Assembly (NCBI RefSeq): GCF_001447785.1
Contig: NW_015168654.1
Span: forward strand, 1,624,031 to 1,688,030
Source: Gekko japonicus
Lineage: Eukaryota
Length of the DNA: 64,000 nucleotides
Direction: 5' to 3'
Positions within the stretch are counted from its first letter, which is position 1. Each line of letters starts with the position of its first letter. This document shows positions 1 through 12,395 of this stretch, in pieces. Made by a program: the position numbers and the translations under genes. The notes below the pieces were generated by a model, which was not told the DNA's origin, searched no databases, and saw nothing but the letters and a program-made list of their open reading frames with translations.

Positions 1-192
1 TAAAGGCGTAAGTGGCCAGCGAAGCGCGCGATGCTCCAACACAATCAGGTCGGCAAATCCTTCGCTGAGCCTCGCCCAAGGCTGACTTAAATGGGCTGCA
101 GCATTCCTAGCGGAGAGAAGGAGACGCACTGGAACGCTTCACATGTTTTGATGTGCTCATGCAGAAGAGCTCGCTGTTGTTTTCGCCCTGTT

Positions 193-205
193 TGCCCCCT
201 GCTGG
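193..205 (-). promoter_or_regulatory. CTCF-like motif next to the tRNA genes
   Basis: Reverse complement reads CCAGCAGGGGGCA, matching the CTCF core CCASYAGRKGGCR; 42 bp upstream of the first tRNA. Confidence 0.5.
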
Positions 206-247
206 AGAGAAGTTTTGATTCAGTTCAGTGAAACCAGTTAATAGCAC

Positions 248-320
248 GGGGGATTAGCTCAAATGGTAGAGCGCTCGCTTAGCATGCGAGAGGTAGCGGG
301 ATCGATGCCCGCATCCTCCA
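248..320 (+). tRNA. TRNAA-AGC: tRNA-Ala (anticodon AGC)
   Basis: 73 nt GGGGGATTAGCTCAAATGGTAGAGCGCTCGCTTAGCATGCGAGAGGTAGCGGGATCGATGCCCGCATCCTCCA; cloverleaf, G3:U70 alanine identity pair, AGC anticodon, TTTT terminator at 331-334. Confidence 0.97.
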
Positions 321-739
321 ACGACTTAGATTTTGAACCACCTTCCAAAAATAAAAATGAGCCGCCAGTTTTTATTAAATATAGAACGGTCGCCTTACCA
401 AACCGGACGGGCAAGGTTTGCTTGGTCTCTCCTTTTTAACGCAGAAAACTGACGCACTTTATCATGTCTGTATGAGCTCGCCTTTTCAGACAGAGCAAGC
501 GAGAAGGGCAACAGGAACACGAGGTCTCTCAAAGAGGCAGTCTTTTTGGCTTTCCTGTGCATGCATGCAAACTTTAATTCTGGGTAGACGTTTTGTGTGC
601 ACACACCTGAATCTTTCCTCCTAGGAAGCAAGACGCGTTTATCTCGGTGAATCCTACAAGAGCATATTGCTGCAAAGCTGATGGTGTTCTTTCCGCTCAT
701 TCATGGCCAAAATGACTGCCTCTTTGAAAAAGTCCTTGT

Positions 740-812
740 TGGAGGATGCGGGCATCGATCCCGCTACCTCTCGCATGCTAAGCGAGCGCTCTACCATTTG
801 AGCTAATCCCCC
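740..812 (-). tRNA. TRNAA-AGC: tRNA-Ala (anticodon AGC), identical second copy
   Basis: Exact reverse complement of 248-320; T5 Pol III terminator on the minus strand at 727-731. Confidence 0.97.
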
Positions 813-1329
813 ACTCTTGCCAAACTGCTCCACTGAACAAAATTTATACCCAGAAATAAACTAATAAAAGGGAGCACTCAAAAAGTAAGCGTGCACGTTC
901 GGAAAATTTAAGAGTAAGCTACCTCCTTTGTTTGATCCGAAATACAGTCTGGAGAACGCTGCTTAGGAAGCAGATGTCCCTGTAGTTTTACCCGGTCACG
1001 ATCCGGTTAAAGCTTTTATCGAGAGTAATCTTAACATGTCGACACAGAAAAGAGATTAACATGCAGAACTGAAGCCTACAGTTTTCAGGGACCATGCATC
1101 CACACATTACTTGTAAACACGTGAAGGGGGTGTTGTGTAAGAAAGGCGCGCACAACGGCCAAAGGCTGAGCTCCCGGCGTTTAATTTTTGACGGATCAGA
1201 CGCAGATTGGGATTCGGCCTTTAAAATACGAAACGGACCACGTCAGCCTCTCCCCTGCTCAGAGACTCCGTCCCCCTTCCGGCTGTGTCACGTGCCACAA
1301 CAAGGTACAGGATGGAATTTCAGCAGCAC

Positions 1330-1760
1330 CGTCGACCCCGCCTTCTTCCGTTCCCCGTGGCAACCAAACAGCCTCGTCGCCATGGAAGGGACGCGGCCAG
1401 CCAATGGCGCGTTTCGTTGCTATGGAGAAAACCCGCGGGCCAATGGCCGACCGAGTTGCTGAGAAAGGTGTGCGCCGGCCAATAAGCAGCCGCAGTGCTG
1501 TTGCCTAGGTAGTGGAGCAAGGGCAGGGCTGGCCTGGCCCGGGCCCCTGGCGGCGGCGGCGGCGGCGTAGCAGGTCGGCCTGAGCGTGGAAGAGGGAGGA
1601 GGGAAGGTTGGGATGGTGGTCATGATGACTTTGGCACCTACACCCACTCGTACTGGGCGTGTATGCAAATATAGGTAATCATGGGGCGTGTCCTGGCCAG
1701 TGGCCACGCCCCTCCCGATTGACCGCTCCAGGGTCCAGAAAGGAGGGGTAGAGGTGGGCC
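1330..1760 (+). promoter_or_regulatory. AGBL5: AGBL5 CpG-island promoter with RFX X-boxes, CCAAT boxes, octamer and Sp/KLF sites
   Basis: CpG-rich; X-box-like sites at 1350, 1376, 1416, 1455, 1500; CCAAT at 1401, 1440, 1479; ATGCAAAT at 1663-1670; GGGGCGTG/CACGCCCC boxes; (GGC)n then candidate donor CAG|GTCGGC at 1573/1574. Confidence 0.7.
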
Positions 1761-2245
1761 GACCCGGCACCGCTTGTTCGCTCCTGGTCGCAGGCCTACT
1801 ACACATAGCGGACATACCAGCTTTTCCCGTGGGAGATCTCCTCTCCTGGGGCTGAACTACGTTTTCTGACGCTTGGTGTCGTTTTCGCGCCTTCAGGGTG
1901 TCCGACAGACTCCGATCCCGGGGGTGGGGTGGGGTGGGGGGCTGACCCTTTAGTGGCTGGGGCCACCTCAGGCCTCCCGAGGCAGCTGCTGGAGCCCCTT
2001 GGCTGCCTGAGGTTCTGCTTCTTCATGGTACCCTCGTTAGGTGACCCCCATGGTAATGATGATGATGGATCAGTGTGGGTACCAGTGGCTAGTCGTTTAC
2101 CTCACGGCTACAAGTGACTTTCTGGCCTTGCTGTAAAGGCTTGATGTGGGGGAGACGTGAGATGCTCCCCTTGAGTGGAAAGGCTAACCGTGTTTCTGTT
2201 TCAAATACTCAGTTGTGCTGTCTTGATTGATGCCCTCTTATCCAG

Positions 2246-2310
2246 GAGAATCAGGGCAAAGAGGAGCTGTGGCCCAATAGGGTTCCTTGGAAGCCTGCTG
2301 CTCTGAGCAG
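2246..2310 (+). other. AGBL5: Candidate non-coding 5'UTR exon of AGBL5
   Basis: Acceptor ccctcttatccag and strong donor CAG|GTAAGG; lies between the promoter and the first coding exon. Confidence 0.45.
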
Positions 2311-2713
2311 GTAAGGACCCTCCCGGTGGATTTCTTTGCATGTGTGCGTGCATGCAGGGCAGTGTGGAGCCTTGTTAAGGGTCTCATTTTCATATTCTGG
2401 TGATCTGTAAAGTTTTGCGTCTTGTCACACCTAGGCAGGATTGGTCTTTGCAGCAGTCTGTGCTTTGGGAAGGCATTTCAGGGAGACGAGATCACTGCGA
2501 TGTGTAGATCCCAAAACAGGCCCTTCCTCTGTTAGTTTTAATGCCACTTCTCTGTCCCAAGACAGGGGGGAGCAACTGGATCTCCTCTTCCCTCTGGAAA
2601 TGGAGCTCTCTGGGTGCCAAAAGTGACTGCTCCTTTCCTGCTCCATAGGAAACCCTTGTAACAACCTGCCGCAGAGAGGAGGATGAACCCCTTCTGTTGG
2701 TGGCGAGGTTATG

Positions 2714-2937
2714 ATGGAGATACGCTGCGGCGGCCTCTTGTTCAGCTCCAAGTTTGACTCGGGAAACTTGGCTCACGTGGAGAAGGTGGAACACCTGGAA
2801 GGGGAAGGCGACGGTGCTGGTAATGGCGGCAGTGCTGCCTCGATGGTGTTTGGCTGCTCCCTTCCCATTGCTGACTATGAATTCAACGTGTGGACCAAAC
2901 CGGACTGTGCAGACACTGAATTTGAGAATGGAAACAG
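2714..2937 (+). CDS. AGBL5: Cytosolic carboxypeptidase 5 (CCP5), coding exon 1
   Basis: [26 protein letters not shown]...[22 protein letters not shown] matches the CCP5 N-terminus; acceptor AG ends 2648; donor AG|GTGAAG, phase 2; in-frame ATG also at 2711. Confidence 0.95.
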
Positions 2938-3117
2938 GTGAAGGGGATGCTGAGGCAGGCAGTGGGCATCTGTGGCTTGTGGGGGAAAGGGGAAGCTTGG
3001 ATTCTCCCACAGGGTCCCTTTTAAGACTGATGGTATGAAGCATTCTCTTTCAAGGATGTAGTTGACGAATGGACCCTCCAGGGCTACCGTTCCCAAAGTT
3101 TTCCTCCAGCCTTTAGA

Positions 3118-3372
3118 GTGAGCTCCCGTCTCTAGTTCCAGCTCCTGCCAACCTAGCAGTTTGAAAGCAAGAAATTGCAAGTAGATAAATAGGTACCACT
3201 TCGGTGGGAAGGTAACAGTGTTCCGTGCGCCTTGGTGTTTAGTCATGCCGGCCACACGACCACGGAAATGTCTTGGGACAGCGCTGGCTCTTCGGCTTTG
3301 AAACGGAGATGAGCACCGCAACCCTAGAGTCGGATTCGACTGGCTTTCAAGCAAGGGAACCTTTACCTTTTT
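3118..3372 (+). mobile_element. Sauria SINE, 5'-truncated
   Basis: Diagnostic ccagctcctgccaacctagcagttYgaaagc...gtagataaataggtacc body and ACCTTT tail. Confidence 0.85.
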
Positions 3373-3819
3373 CTTTAGAGACTCTTGGTATTAAGTGGCC
3401 TGCTCTGTGCCTCTGTTATTCTGGTGCAGGGCTACTCCGATTTTCCAAGGGAATGCTGCTGCTCTGAGCCCCCATCCCTAGTGTTGTAGGAGACTGACTG
3501 CTTCTTGTGGCTGACACCCCTTTGGATTGTATCCGTTGATGCCTTGTGTGGCTCTATGAATCCCCCATTGGCACCTGGCTGGAGTACAGCCATTCATCCT
3601 CCCCTTTGCAGAGGGTCCTGGGATGAACTGTAGCTAGTGGGACTATGAGCAAGGTGCCAAGCAAACATGGTTTCTGTCTTCCTGTGGGTCTCTCTGTGGA
3701 CGGCAATATAAGGGAAAGTATGCTCAATGACCTCCCCAAAAGCTGGGGAACAGAATCCGAGCCCTGTCTGCCGACCTGTCTGACCTTCCTTCCTTTTTCT
3801 CCTTGTCTTCCCTGCCCAG

Positions 3820-3991
3820 ATCTTGGTTTTATTTTAGCGTGAAAGGGGGGGTGCCAGGCAAGATTATCAAGATCCACATTGTGAACATGAACAAGCAGAC
3901 CAAACTCTACTCGCAAGGGATGGCCCCCTTAGTCAAGACTGTGCCTGTCCGGCCCCGCTGGGAGCGCATCCGTGAACGGCCTGCCTTCGAG
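3820..3991 (+). CDS. AGBL5: AGBL5 coding exon 2
   Basis: [10 protein letters not shown]...[12 protein letters not shown]; AG/GT boundaries; phases 2 to 0 consistent. Confidence 0.95.
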
Positions 3992-4933
3992 GTATCCGTG
4001 TGGCAAGCCCCTCGGGGGAGAACACCAGATTGGTGCGTTGGGGTTCACGCTTGCCTGCACTTGGGTGCTCTCCTGCATTCCTGTTGCCTCCGAAAGCAGC
4101 ATATGACTGGGGTTGGCTTTTTCCAAGGGGGATGGTGGACCATGGACTTGCATGATCCAGGGTGTGCCTTGGGCTGCACATGGCAGGGGAAGGCAGGAGT
4201 GAGGCCTGCAGGCTCCAGTTAACAGAAACAGGAAGGCAAGGGCCCCCGACTCCAACAGCTGTCAGTCCACTAACATTTCTCCTACTGGAATTTTTCTCCC
4301 ACGGTTCTGAGAACCTGAATAATATTTTTCCTTACCTGTTTGGCTCCTTGGGAAAACCTGTCAGCTTGGTTTTGTATCATCATGCTGTGGAGCTTGATCA
4401 CCCTGACGTGTTTTTATGTTTGCTAGGGAGGGGACTGTGGATCAGTGGTAAGAGTGCATGCTTTCTGACCAGAAGGTTTCAGCTTCGGTTCTTCTCAGTT
4501 TAAAGAATTCAGGTGGCAGGCACTTAGAAAGATTTTTTCCTTTGGTGGCAAGCTGCCGCCATACAGTATTGAGCAAATGAATCAATGGCCTGACTTGATC
4601 TGGTAAACTGGAAAGCAGAATCCACAAATCAGGCTTGGCTGTTCTTCCATCTTTCTTTTGTGGCAACAGGGAGCAAATGGCATCTCGGAAGTCTTGGCTG
4701 TGTGGCTTTGCTTTCCTTGCGATGGCTTCAAAGGAAACAGAAGGCATGCTCCTTCCTCCATACAATGTCCTCTGCTTTTCCAACCCCCCCGAGGCTTTGC
4801 CCTGATGCAGGGGTGGGGGGCTGTCAAGTAGTGAGATAAGCAGACTCATTCCCAGGGGCCTGTTCATTCCCCCTGCAGGGGTGCTTGGTCAGAACTTGCA
4901 GCTCTCAACACAAGTCAGGTAGGTACTACCTGA

Positions 4934-5205
4934 GAGAGCCGGTTTGGTGTAGTGGTTAGGAATGCAGACTCTAATCTGGGAGAATCGGGTTTGATTCCCC
5001 ACTTCTCCACATGCAGCTGCTGGTGTAACCTTGGGTCAGTCACAAGATCTTTCAAAGCTGTTCTCAAAAGAGCTCTCTCAGCCCCACCTACCTCACAGGG
5101 TGTCTGCTGTGGGGAGGGGAAGGGAAAGGAGATTGTAGTCCGCTCTGAGACTCCTTTGGGTAGTGTAGGGTGGGATATAAATCCAATATCTCCTCTTCTT
5201 CTTCT
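4934..5205 (+). mobile_element. tRNA-derived CORE-SINE (Squam3-like)
   Basis: A box tggtgtagtgg, B box ggtttgattcc, CORE-like acctcacagggtgtctgttgtg, (TTC)n tail; many similar copies in the window. Confidence 0.85.
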
Positions 5206-5661
5206 ACCAACTTTGAAAAGCGTGGTTTTATGTTTTGTCAATCTGAAAAGTACTTCTGGTTCTTCAGTGCCAGCTAACATCAGGTTTCTCGCTACCTCTA
5301 GCATTTTTTCAGCTCACCCTCTCTAAAAATTTGGAAGGTACATCTCAGAGTGGTCCAGAAAGAGCCGAGAGACATGTCTGTGTCTCTGCAAAAACAAGTG
5401 TGTGGGAGGGGTTGAGAATAGGCATTGCAAAGACACAGAAGAGATGGAGGGGAGGCAGTGAGCAGAAATTTCTGGGTATGTAATCCAAACACTGTTGGGG
5501 AGGGAAGCTTCTTCAGTCCAGAGCCGCAGCAGGATGGCAGCACCTTAGCAGTATGCTTGTGGTCATTGCTACCTGTAAAGTTGCAGGCAGTGGAGCTGGG
5601 GGGTGGGCAGGGATCCTGCCTGAACAGTGGCAGTTCAGCAGCTGCTTTGCCTCTTGTGCAG

Positions 5662-5828
5662 ATGGTGGATACCCAATTCGTCTTGTCCTTTGTGCATCGC
5701 TTCCTGGACTGCCGAGGTGCCACCACCTACTTTGCCTTCTGCTATCCCTTTTCCTACACGGAGTGCCAGGACATGCTGGCGCAGCTGGATGCTCATTTTG
5801 CAGAATGCAAACACCTCTCTCCCAGCAG
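5662..5828 (+). CDS. AGBL5: AGBL5 coding exon 3
   Basis: [14 protein letters not shown]...[10 protein letters not shown]; donor AG|GTGAGC. Confidence 0.95.
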
Positions 5829-7346
5829 GTGAGCATGACCTGCAGCAGCGACCCCCACACTCCCTCTTAGGCAGTCAAGGACCTGGTGCAGTTGCCGTGT
5901 GAAGAACAGCCAGGCACTTTCTCACTGTGGGAGAGGCCCTGGGTGTGGGGTGGGAGGTCTTGGATTGTCCAAAGATTCCCAAAGGCCCAAAGCCATGGTG
6001 TTGCTGTTGCTGCAGCGTGGTATAGATGTTGGAGCTTTAGACTTGACTCCAGGAAATTTGCACTCAGCCATGAAGATCACGGGGAAACTTTGATTCAGTA
6101 ACTTTCTGTCCGCCTAATCTACTTTACAAGTTGGTTGTGAGGATAGAGTGGAGGAGAGGAAGGCCTTCCCTGAGCTGCTTAGAAGAAGGGCAGGGTAAAA
6201 AATGGAGTAGAAACTTTGGTCCCATTTGTCTTCTGATCACCATTTTGCGGTAGGTGGACCACCCAACAAGAGCTTGATGTCCCAGGCTTGGTGTAATGTT
6301 GCAGCTTGCGAGTGGTGCTGGAGAGCCCTGGGGCCCTGCACGTGGCGAAGGAGGGCAAAGCTGCAGCCTCATGTTTTCCCTGCAGCTAACCCCATTCCAG
6401 CTGTTCAGGGCCAGTTAAAAGAACTTCTGTGTTTCAGGTGCCACCCCCTTCTCTTCCTTCCCCTTAATGTCCAGGGACTCCTTGCCTAGATAGGCAAAAG
6501 CGGCTGTTCTTTTCTTTGCAGAGAGAGCCTGCTGTTTCTGTGGGCACACAGTGCAAAGATTGTTCAAGCACTCACATGCTGTAGGAAAGATAGGGAGCCG
6601 CTTCTTGGTTGTAGAGTGCAGGTGAGCAAATGTGGAAGTAGCAAACCTACTCTGGTAGTTGGATGGGCAAAGCAGCTGTTGTCCAGCCAGGAGAGTCTAT
6701 AGTGTTGGCCCAGGGCTTGATAACGTTGGAGGCTTCTTCTGTGCCAGGAGGGAACTGGGGGTGAAGGTAGGCTTATGAGCCTCCTACTGTGCCTGATTTC
6801 ATATCAAGGTGACTTGAGCAGCCAGTTCCTCTACCTTCCGCTGGCTTGTTTCCATAGCAAAGATACCTTATATGTTTGTGGGTAGATACTTCAGCCAAGG
6901 CACAGTTAGACTTGGGAGCCTGATTTGGCTTTGGGCTCATTTTCCTCTGCCTTGATTATACCAGGGTCTTATTGCTAAGGTCTAAGTACTTATTTAAGAT
7001 CAGCGGCTCTGCTGTTTCTCTTGTGATTCCTTTAGGTAAAGGTTTCCATTGCTTAGAAGACATGAGTTTTTGTAGGAATAAGGATGATCTGAACAGGAAG
7101 AGAGGTTCCTTCCCCTACTCTTTATCACATCTTGGCACAGTCGTCATTCTTTGTTGGCTTTTTTCATTTCCGACCTCTTACTATCTGGAGCTGCCCTAGA
7201 TGGTAGTGGAAGAAAAGAATCATTAATTCCTAATGGGTAGCCATCTTAGCCTGTAGCAGCAACATAAAGCCAGAGTCCAGTGGCACCGTAACGACTAACA
7301 AAATGTATTCCAGCCTAAGCTTTTGCGAGACAGAGCTCACTTCACT

Positions 7347-7617
7347 GAGAGCCAGTTTGGTGTAGTGGTTAGGAGCATGGACTCTAATCTGGGAGAACCA
7401 GGTTTGATCCCCCACTTCTCCACATGCAGCTGCTGGTGTGACCTTGGGTCAGTCATAAGTTCTTTCAGAGCTCTCACAAGCAGTTCTCGAAAGAGCTCTC
7501 TCAACTCCACCTACCTCATTGGGTGTGTGTTGTGGGGAGGGGAAGGGAGATTGTAAGCTGCTCTGAGACTCCTTCAGGTAGTAAAGGGCGGGGTATAAAT
7601 CCAATCTATTCTTCTTC
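7347..7617 (+). mobile_element. Squam3-like SINE next to a Penelope-derived fragment (7232-7346)
   Basis: Same family as 4934-5205. Confidence 0.85.
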
Positions 7618-8393
7618 ATCATCAGTGCAGCTGAGGAAGTGACTTCTGAGTTGTGAAAACATACGCCAGATGCCCTGTTTTGTTTCAGCTTGGTGTCGCT
7701 GCCTGTGCTGGAATGGGGGGGGGGGGCTGGGACTGAACCACTGAAAAGGGTTGAGTGGAGCTGAGGGTGGGCAGCAGGATGGGGAAAGCTAAACTCAGCA
7801 GGACCCTCACTTGTCCATTTGAACCAGTGTCCAGCGTTGTAGCGCAATTAGTCGGAGGGCAGGCGCACACCCTAGAAAGGCTGCGGGGAAGCCACGCCCC
7901 ACCGCCCACAGAGCAAGAAAGTGCCCTAGAGGAGGACGTGCAAAGGGGAGAAAGGAGGAGGCCCCATCCAGGGATATGCCGTAAGTGATTGACTTGATTA
8001 CCTCCCCAGACCCAGGCGGTCCCTCCAAGCGGGATACGGGGAGTTAGCAAACAGCCAAGGGCAGGGAGCAATAAGCCCAGTGGTAGACCTTTGGGGCACT
8101 GTGAGACCAGCTCTGTCACACTAGAGAGAAGGCTGCCCTCTTCCAAACGTCCACCCTGGCTCTCTGCAAGGGGCTCAGCAAGGACCAATAGAGGGGGCTT
8201 GTATTCTGCAAGGATAAGGCGGGACAAGCCAGTCAGCTGTCAGACACCTCTGGGACTTCCTTCTGGCCTTGTGGTGTCATGCTGGCTGGGGTTGGTCCAG
8301 ACAGACACCTGAGGCTCAGTGGGCAGAGCTGGAGGGTGGTGCCATTTGAGCAGGCGCTGATCCACTCTAATGGGACCTGCCCGTCCTCTCCAG

Positions 8394-8571
8394 CTTGCTA
8401 GATACCATCTATTACCATCGGGAGCTGCTCTGCTATTCCCTGGACAAGCTCCGTGTGGACCTGTTGACCATCACATCATGCCACGGCATGCTGGAGGAAC
8501 GGGAGCCCCGGCTGGAAAAGCTGTTCCCTGACATGAACACGCCGCGACCTCACCGCTTTGTGGGAAAGAGA
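8394..8571 (+). CDS. AGBL5: AGBL5 coding exon 4
   Basis: [17 protein letters not shown]...RFVGKR; donor GTGAGT. Confidence 0.95.
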
Positions 8572-8915
8572 GTGAGTTGGTGTGTGCCGTCCCAGCAGGG
8601 GGATGTTGTGCTCAAGGTGCAGAATTGACCCATCCCGGGAGGCTTTTACTTAGGCACCCGGGGGGGGGGCTTGCTCAGGAACCAGCCGGAGGGAATAAAA
8701 ATGGCTAGTCCATAGAAACAGCCACAGATCTATAGCTAAGTGCTGCAAATGGTCTTTGCAACTATGGCAAGCTAAATGGGGTGTTTTTTTGGCCCATGCC
8801 TCCTGAAGCGTAAGGTGGGGAGGGGCAGCAGTGAGCAGGGAAGCCGCCCTCTTGCTCCTCAGTGTTTCCCAGGAAGTATCTCTAGTTCTTTCACTCCCCC
8901 CCCTCCCTTGGCCAG

Positions 8916-9094
8916 GTGTTCTTTCTCAGCAGCAGGGTTCACCCTGGGGAGACACCCTCCAGCTTTGTCTTCAACGGCTTCTTGGAATTCATCTTGCGGG
9001 AGCAAGACCCTCGAGCCCAGATGCTGCGTCGCATGTACATTTTTAAGCTCATCCCTATGCTGAACCCCGATGGAGTGATGCGGGGCCACTACCG
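8916..9094 (+). CDS. AGBL5: AGBL5 coding exon 5 (Zn-binding HxxE)
   Basis: [16 protein letters not shown]...[14 protein letters not shown]; M14 HPGE and NPDG motifs; donor GTGAGT. Confidence 0.97.
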
Positions 9095-9681
9095 GTGAGT
9101 GTTGCTGCAGGTACTTTGGTCTTAGGGAGCGGGGGAAACTGGCACCTGTGCAGCCAGTAGTGTGGGTGGGTGGGTGGGAGGGGAGCAAGTCCTAGGCTGG
9201 CTGGGGCTTGTGTTCAGCACTAGCCCTTGAAGAGGTTTAGCAGAGCCAGCAAGACATGGTCAGGTGGCTCTTGAACACACACTCTGTAACTGAGACCTTC
9301 CTTCCAGGCTCCACATCAGATCAGTTTTGGTTCCCCTGGCAGTGCCCGTGCTTATCCTTGGGACAACAGCAAACAGCAGCTAGTGGCCTGGGATAGGTTG
9401 CCACGAATAGTGCTGGCACAATCAACTTCCTGTCACAGTTCTGCCTCCATTGTTTGGAGGAATGTAGGCTTAGGCCTCCTCCCTCCTGGCACAGGGCACT
9501 GTGGGTCAGGTTGCTAAGTAGCGATAGGTTTGACATGATTTGGCTCAGCAGGGGCAGTGGCTGCAGCTTTGCAATGGGTCCAGCATGGAATCGGGGATGG
9601 GGAGCATACCCAGTGTCAGGGAAGAAAGCGTCTTCAGCCGGCCTGACTCCCCGCCCAAATTGCTCCCTCTCTCCCCCACAG

Positions 9682-10198
9682 GACAGACTCCCGTGGAGTA
9701 AACCTCAACCGGCAGTATTTGGACCCTGATGCACAGTTGCACCCTGCTGTATACGGGGCCAAGGCTGTCATGCTGTACCACCACGTTCACAGCCGCGTTC
9801 GGCCTGGTTCCCCTGACTGGCAGATCCACGTTTCCCCCCTCAGCACCAAGGCAACAAATCAGCATTCTATACGCAACTGCCTCCCTGCTGAGGAGGCCCC
9901 CCTTTCCAAGCTGGAGAAAGCCAACAACCTCCGCAACCGTCTCAGAGATGCCTGCATCCCCCCATCTCAGGATCCCGAGCCTTCGGAGGCATTGGGGAGC
10001 AAGGACGAGGATGCCTGGCTCTTTTCCGGAGACCCGACCCCCGACTACAGTGAGAGCGAAGCCGAGGGCCCCCTGCCCGACGCTGAAACCATCCCACCTC
10101 AGGAGAGTGGACTAGCCTACTATGTCGACCTCCATGGGCACGCCTCCAAGCGTGGCTGCTTCATGTATGGGAACAACATCACTGATGAGGCCTACCAG
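9682..10198 (+). CDS. AGBL5: AGBL5 coding exon 6
   Basis: TDSRGVNLNRQY...YYVDLHGHASKRGCFMYGN; third Zn ligand; donor CAG|GTGAGG. Confidence 0.96.
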
Positions 10199-10774
10199 GT
10201 GAGGAGTGGAGGGAACATCCAGGGGCCAGCCAGAGCCGACGAGATCGGTCATATGTAGCTGTGTGCTCCTTTTGGTCCTTGTAGGGGCTCTTTGACTGGC
10301 AGCAGGGTGCTCTATCAGAGCACTGTCTAAAGGAACAAGTTGGAAAGGGAAGGGTGTGTGTACAGGATTTATTTATTGTTTACTCCAAAAGGGCTTACAT
10401 CAGTCTCCCCTTCTCTCTTTCATCCTTACCCCAGCCCAGGGAGGTAGGTTAGTTGAGAGGGTGTGACTGACCCAAGTCTCTGTGGCAGAGTGGGGATCCT
10501 AGACTGACACACTAACCACTACACCACACTGGCTGTCTATTTACTAGTCAGCTAATCCCTACTTGGGGCAGCTCATCTCCATTTTGGAGTACATAGCTGG
10601 ACCTAAAGGCAGCACACGGAACTGAGACTGTTTTGTCACTGTAATATGCCTTGCATTGGTGGAATGCTGTGTACAGTAGTGTGTTATAACCCATCGGCAG
10701 ATAGGTAAGAACTAAAGGAACTGCTGCTGTCCTTCATGTGGTGCAGACCTAGAGACTGGTGGCTTTCTGTGTGT

Positions 10775-11048
10775 GAAGAAGAGGATTGGATTTATACCCC
10801 CCCCCCCTCAAGGAGTCTCAGAGCATCTTACAATCTTTCCCTTCTCCTCCCCTCCCACAAGAGACACCCTGTGAGGTAGGTGGGGCTGAGAGAGCTCTTT
10901 CAAGAACTGCTCATGAGAGAACAGCTCTGAGAGAACTTGTGACTGACCCAAGGTCATTCCATCAGCTGCATGTGGAGAAGTGGGGAATCAAACCCAGTTC
11001 TTCCAGATTAGAGTCCACTCTCCTAACCACTACACCAAATTGGCTCTC
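10775..11048 (-). mobile_element. Squam3-like SINE
   Basis: Reverse complement of the same family. Confidence 0.85.
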
Positions 11049-11594
11049 AGCCTCATACTAGCTACAGAAAAGTAACATACAACAGAAATGATATTACATA
11101 CTAGGTGTCCTCTGCTCAGGGATGAGCTCAGGGTTCACCCGGCACAGTCCCCAGGTCCACTTGAAGCAGTGCTGTTGTCGGTCACGGTGGCTGGGTCAAA
11201 GGACTGCTTTCCAAGGTGATGCCATGCCTGATCACACAGACTTGCTTCATCTCCTGTGGCTTATTCACTGGAGGGCCCTGGGACTGCTATAGCCTCTTGA
11301 CTGATCCCCCATGTCTCCACTTCTTTCCCATCCACACTCCCGGCCCAGCAGCCGTTTCTCCACGGTGCATATACATTGGCTCCCCAGGAAGCATGAAAGC
11401 CAGAAAGATATGGGGAATGAGTTGAAGCAGTTAGATGGCCATTGCTTGAGGCTGGGCTGAGCTGGAGATGGTGGCTGGCCATTCCACCTCGCCAGCTGGC
11501 TGATGCTGCTGGCCCCAGTACTTGATGCCTGATAAGAGTCTTCTGCAGGTATTTTCCAGCTGCCACCAAGTCAGTTGTGAATCCCTGTCTGTGA

Positions 11595-12014
<420 letters not shown>

Positions 12015-12216
12015 TAAAGTCTGGTCCGAAGAACCCTGAATGTTATGTACTCCAAGTAAATTGTCATGTAGCTTGCATGGTTATCCTTCTGGCAGAGGTG
12101 GAGATGGAAGAAACCTGCACCTTTGCCTGCTTTCCTGGCTTCTAAAATTTCACCAGGTCTGGGGGCGTAGGGCAAAAGTTGGGATTACTAGGATACTAGA
12201 TCTTGCTCTGCAGACT

Positions 12217-12395
12217 GGAGGAGGAGGAGGAGATTGGATTTATACCCCGCCCTTCACTCGGAGTCTCAGAGCGGTTTACAAACTCCTTTCCCTTCCCCTC
12301 CCCACAACAGACATCCTGTGAGGTAGGTGGGGCTGAGAGAGCTCTCCAAAGAACTGCCCTTGAGAGAACAGCTCTGACAGAACTATGGCTTGCCC
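12217..12395 (-). mobile_element. Squam3-like SINE, 3' part
   Basis: Reverse-complement 3' half of the family. Confidence 0.8.

Noticed and set aside
7694-8307. Possible solo LTR (TGTC...GACA) in AGBL5 intron 3; a similar stretch at ~39230-39665
   Set aside because: Flanks CTTGG/CCTGA are not a convincing TSD and there is no second copy; needs a repeat search
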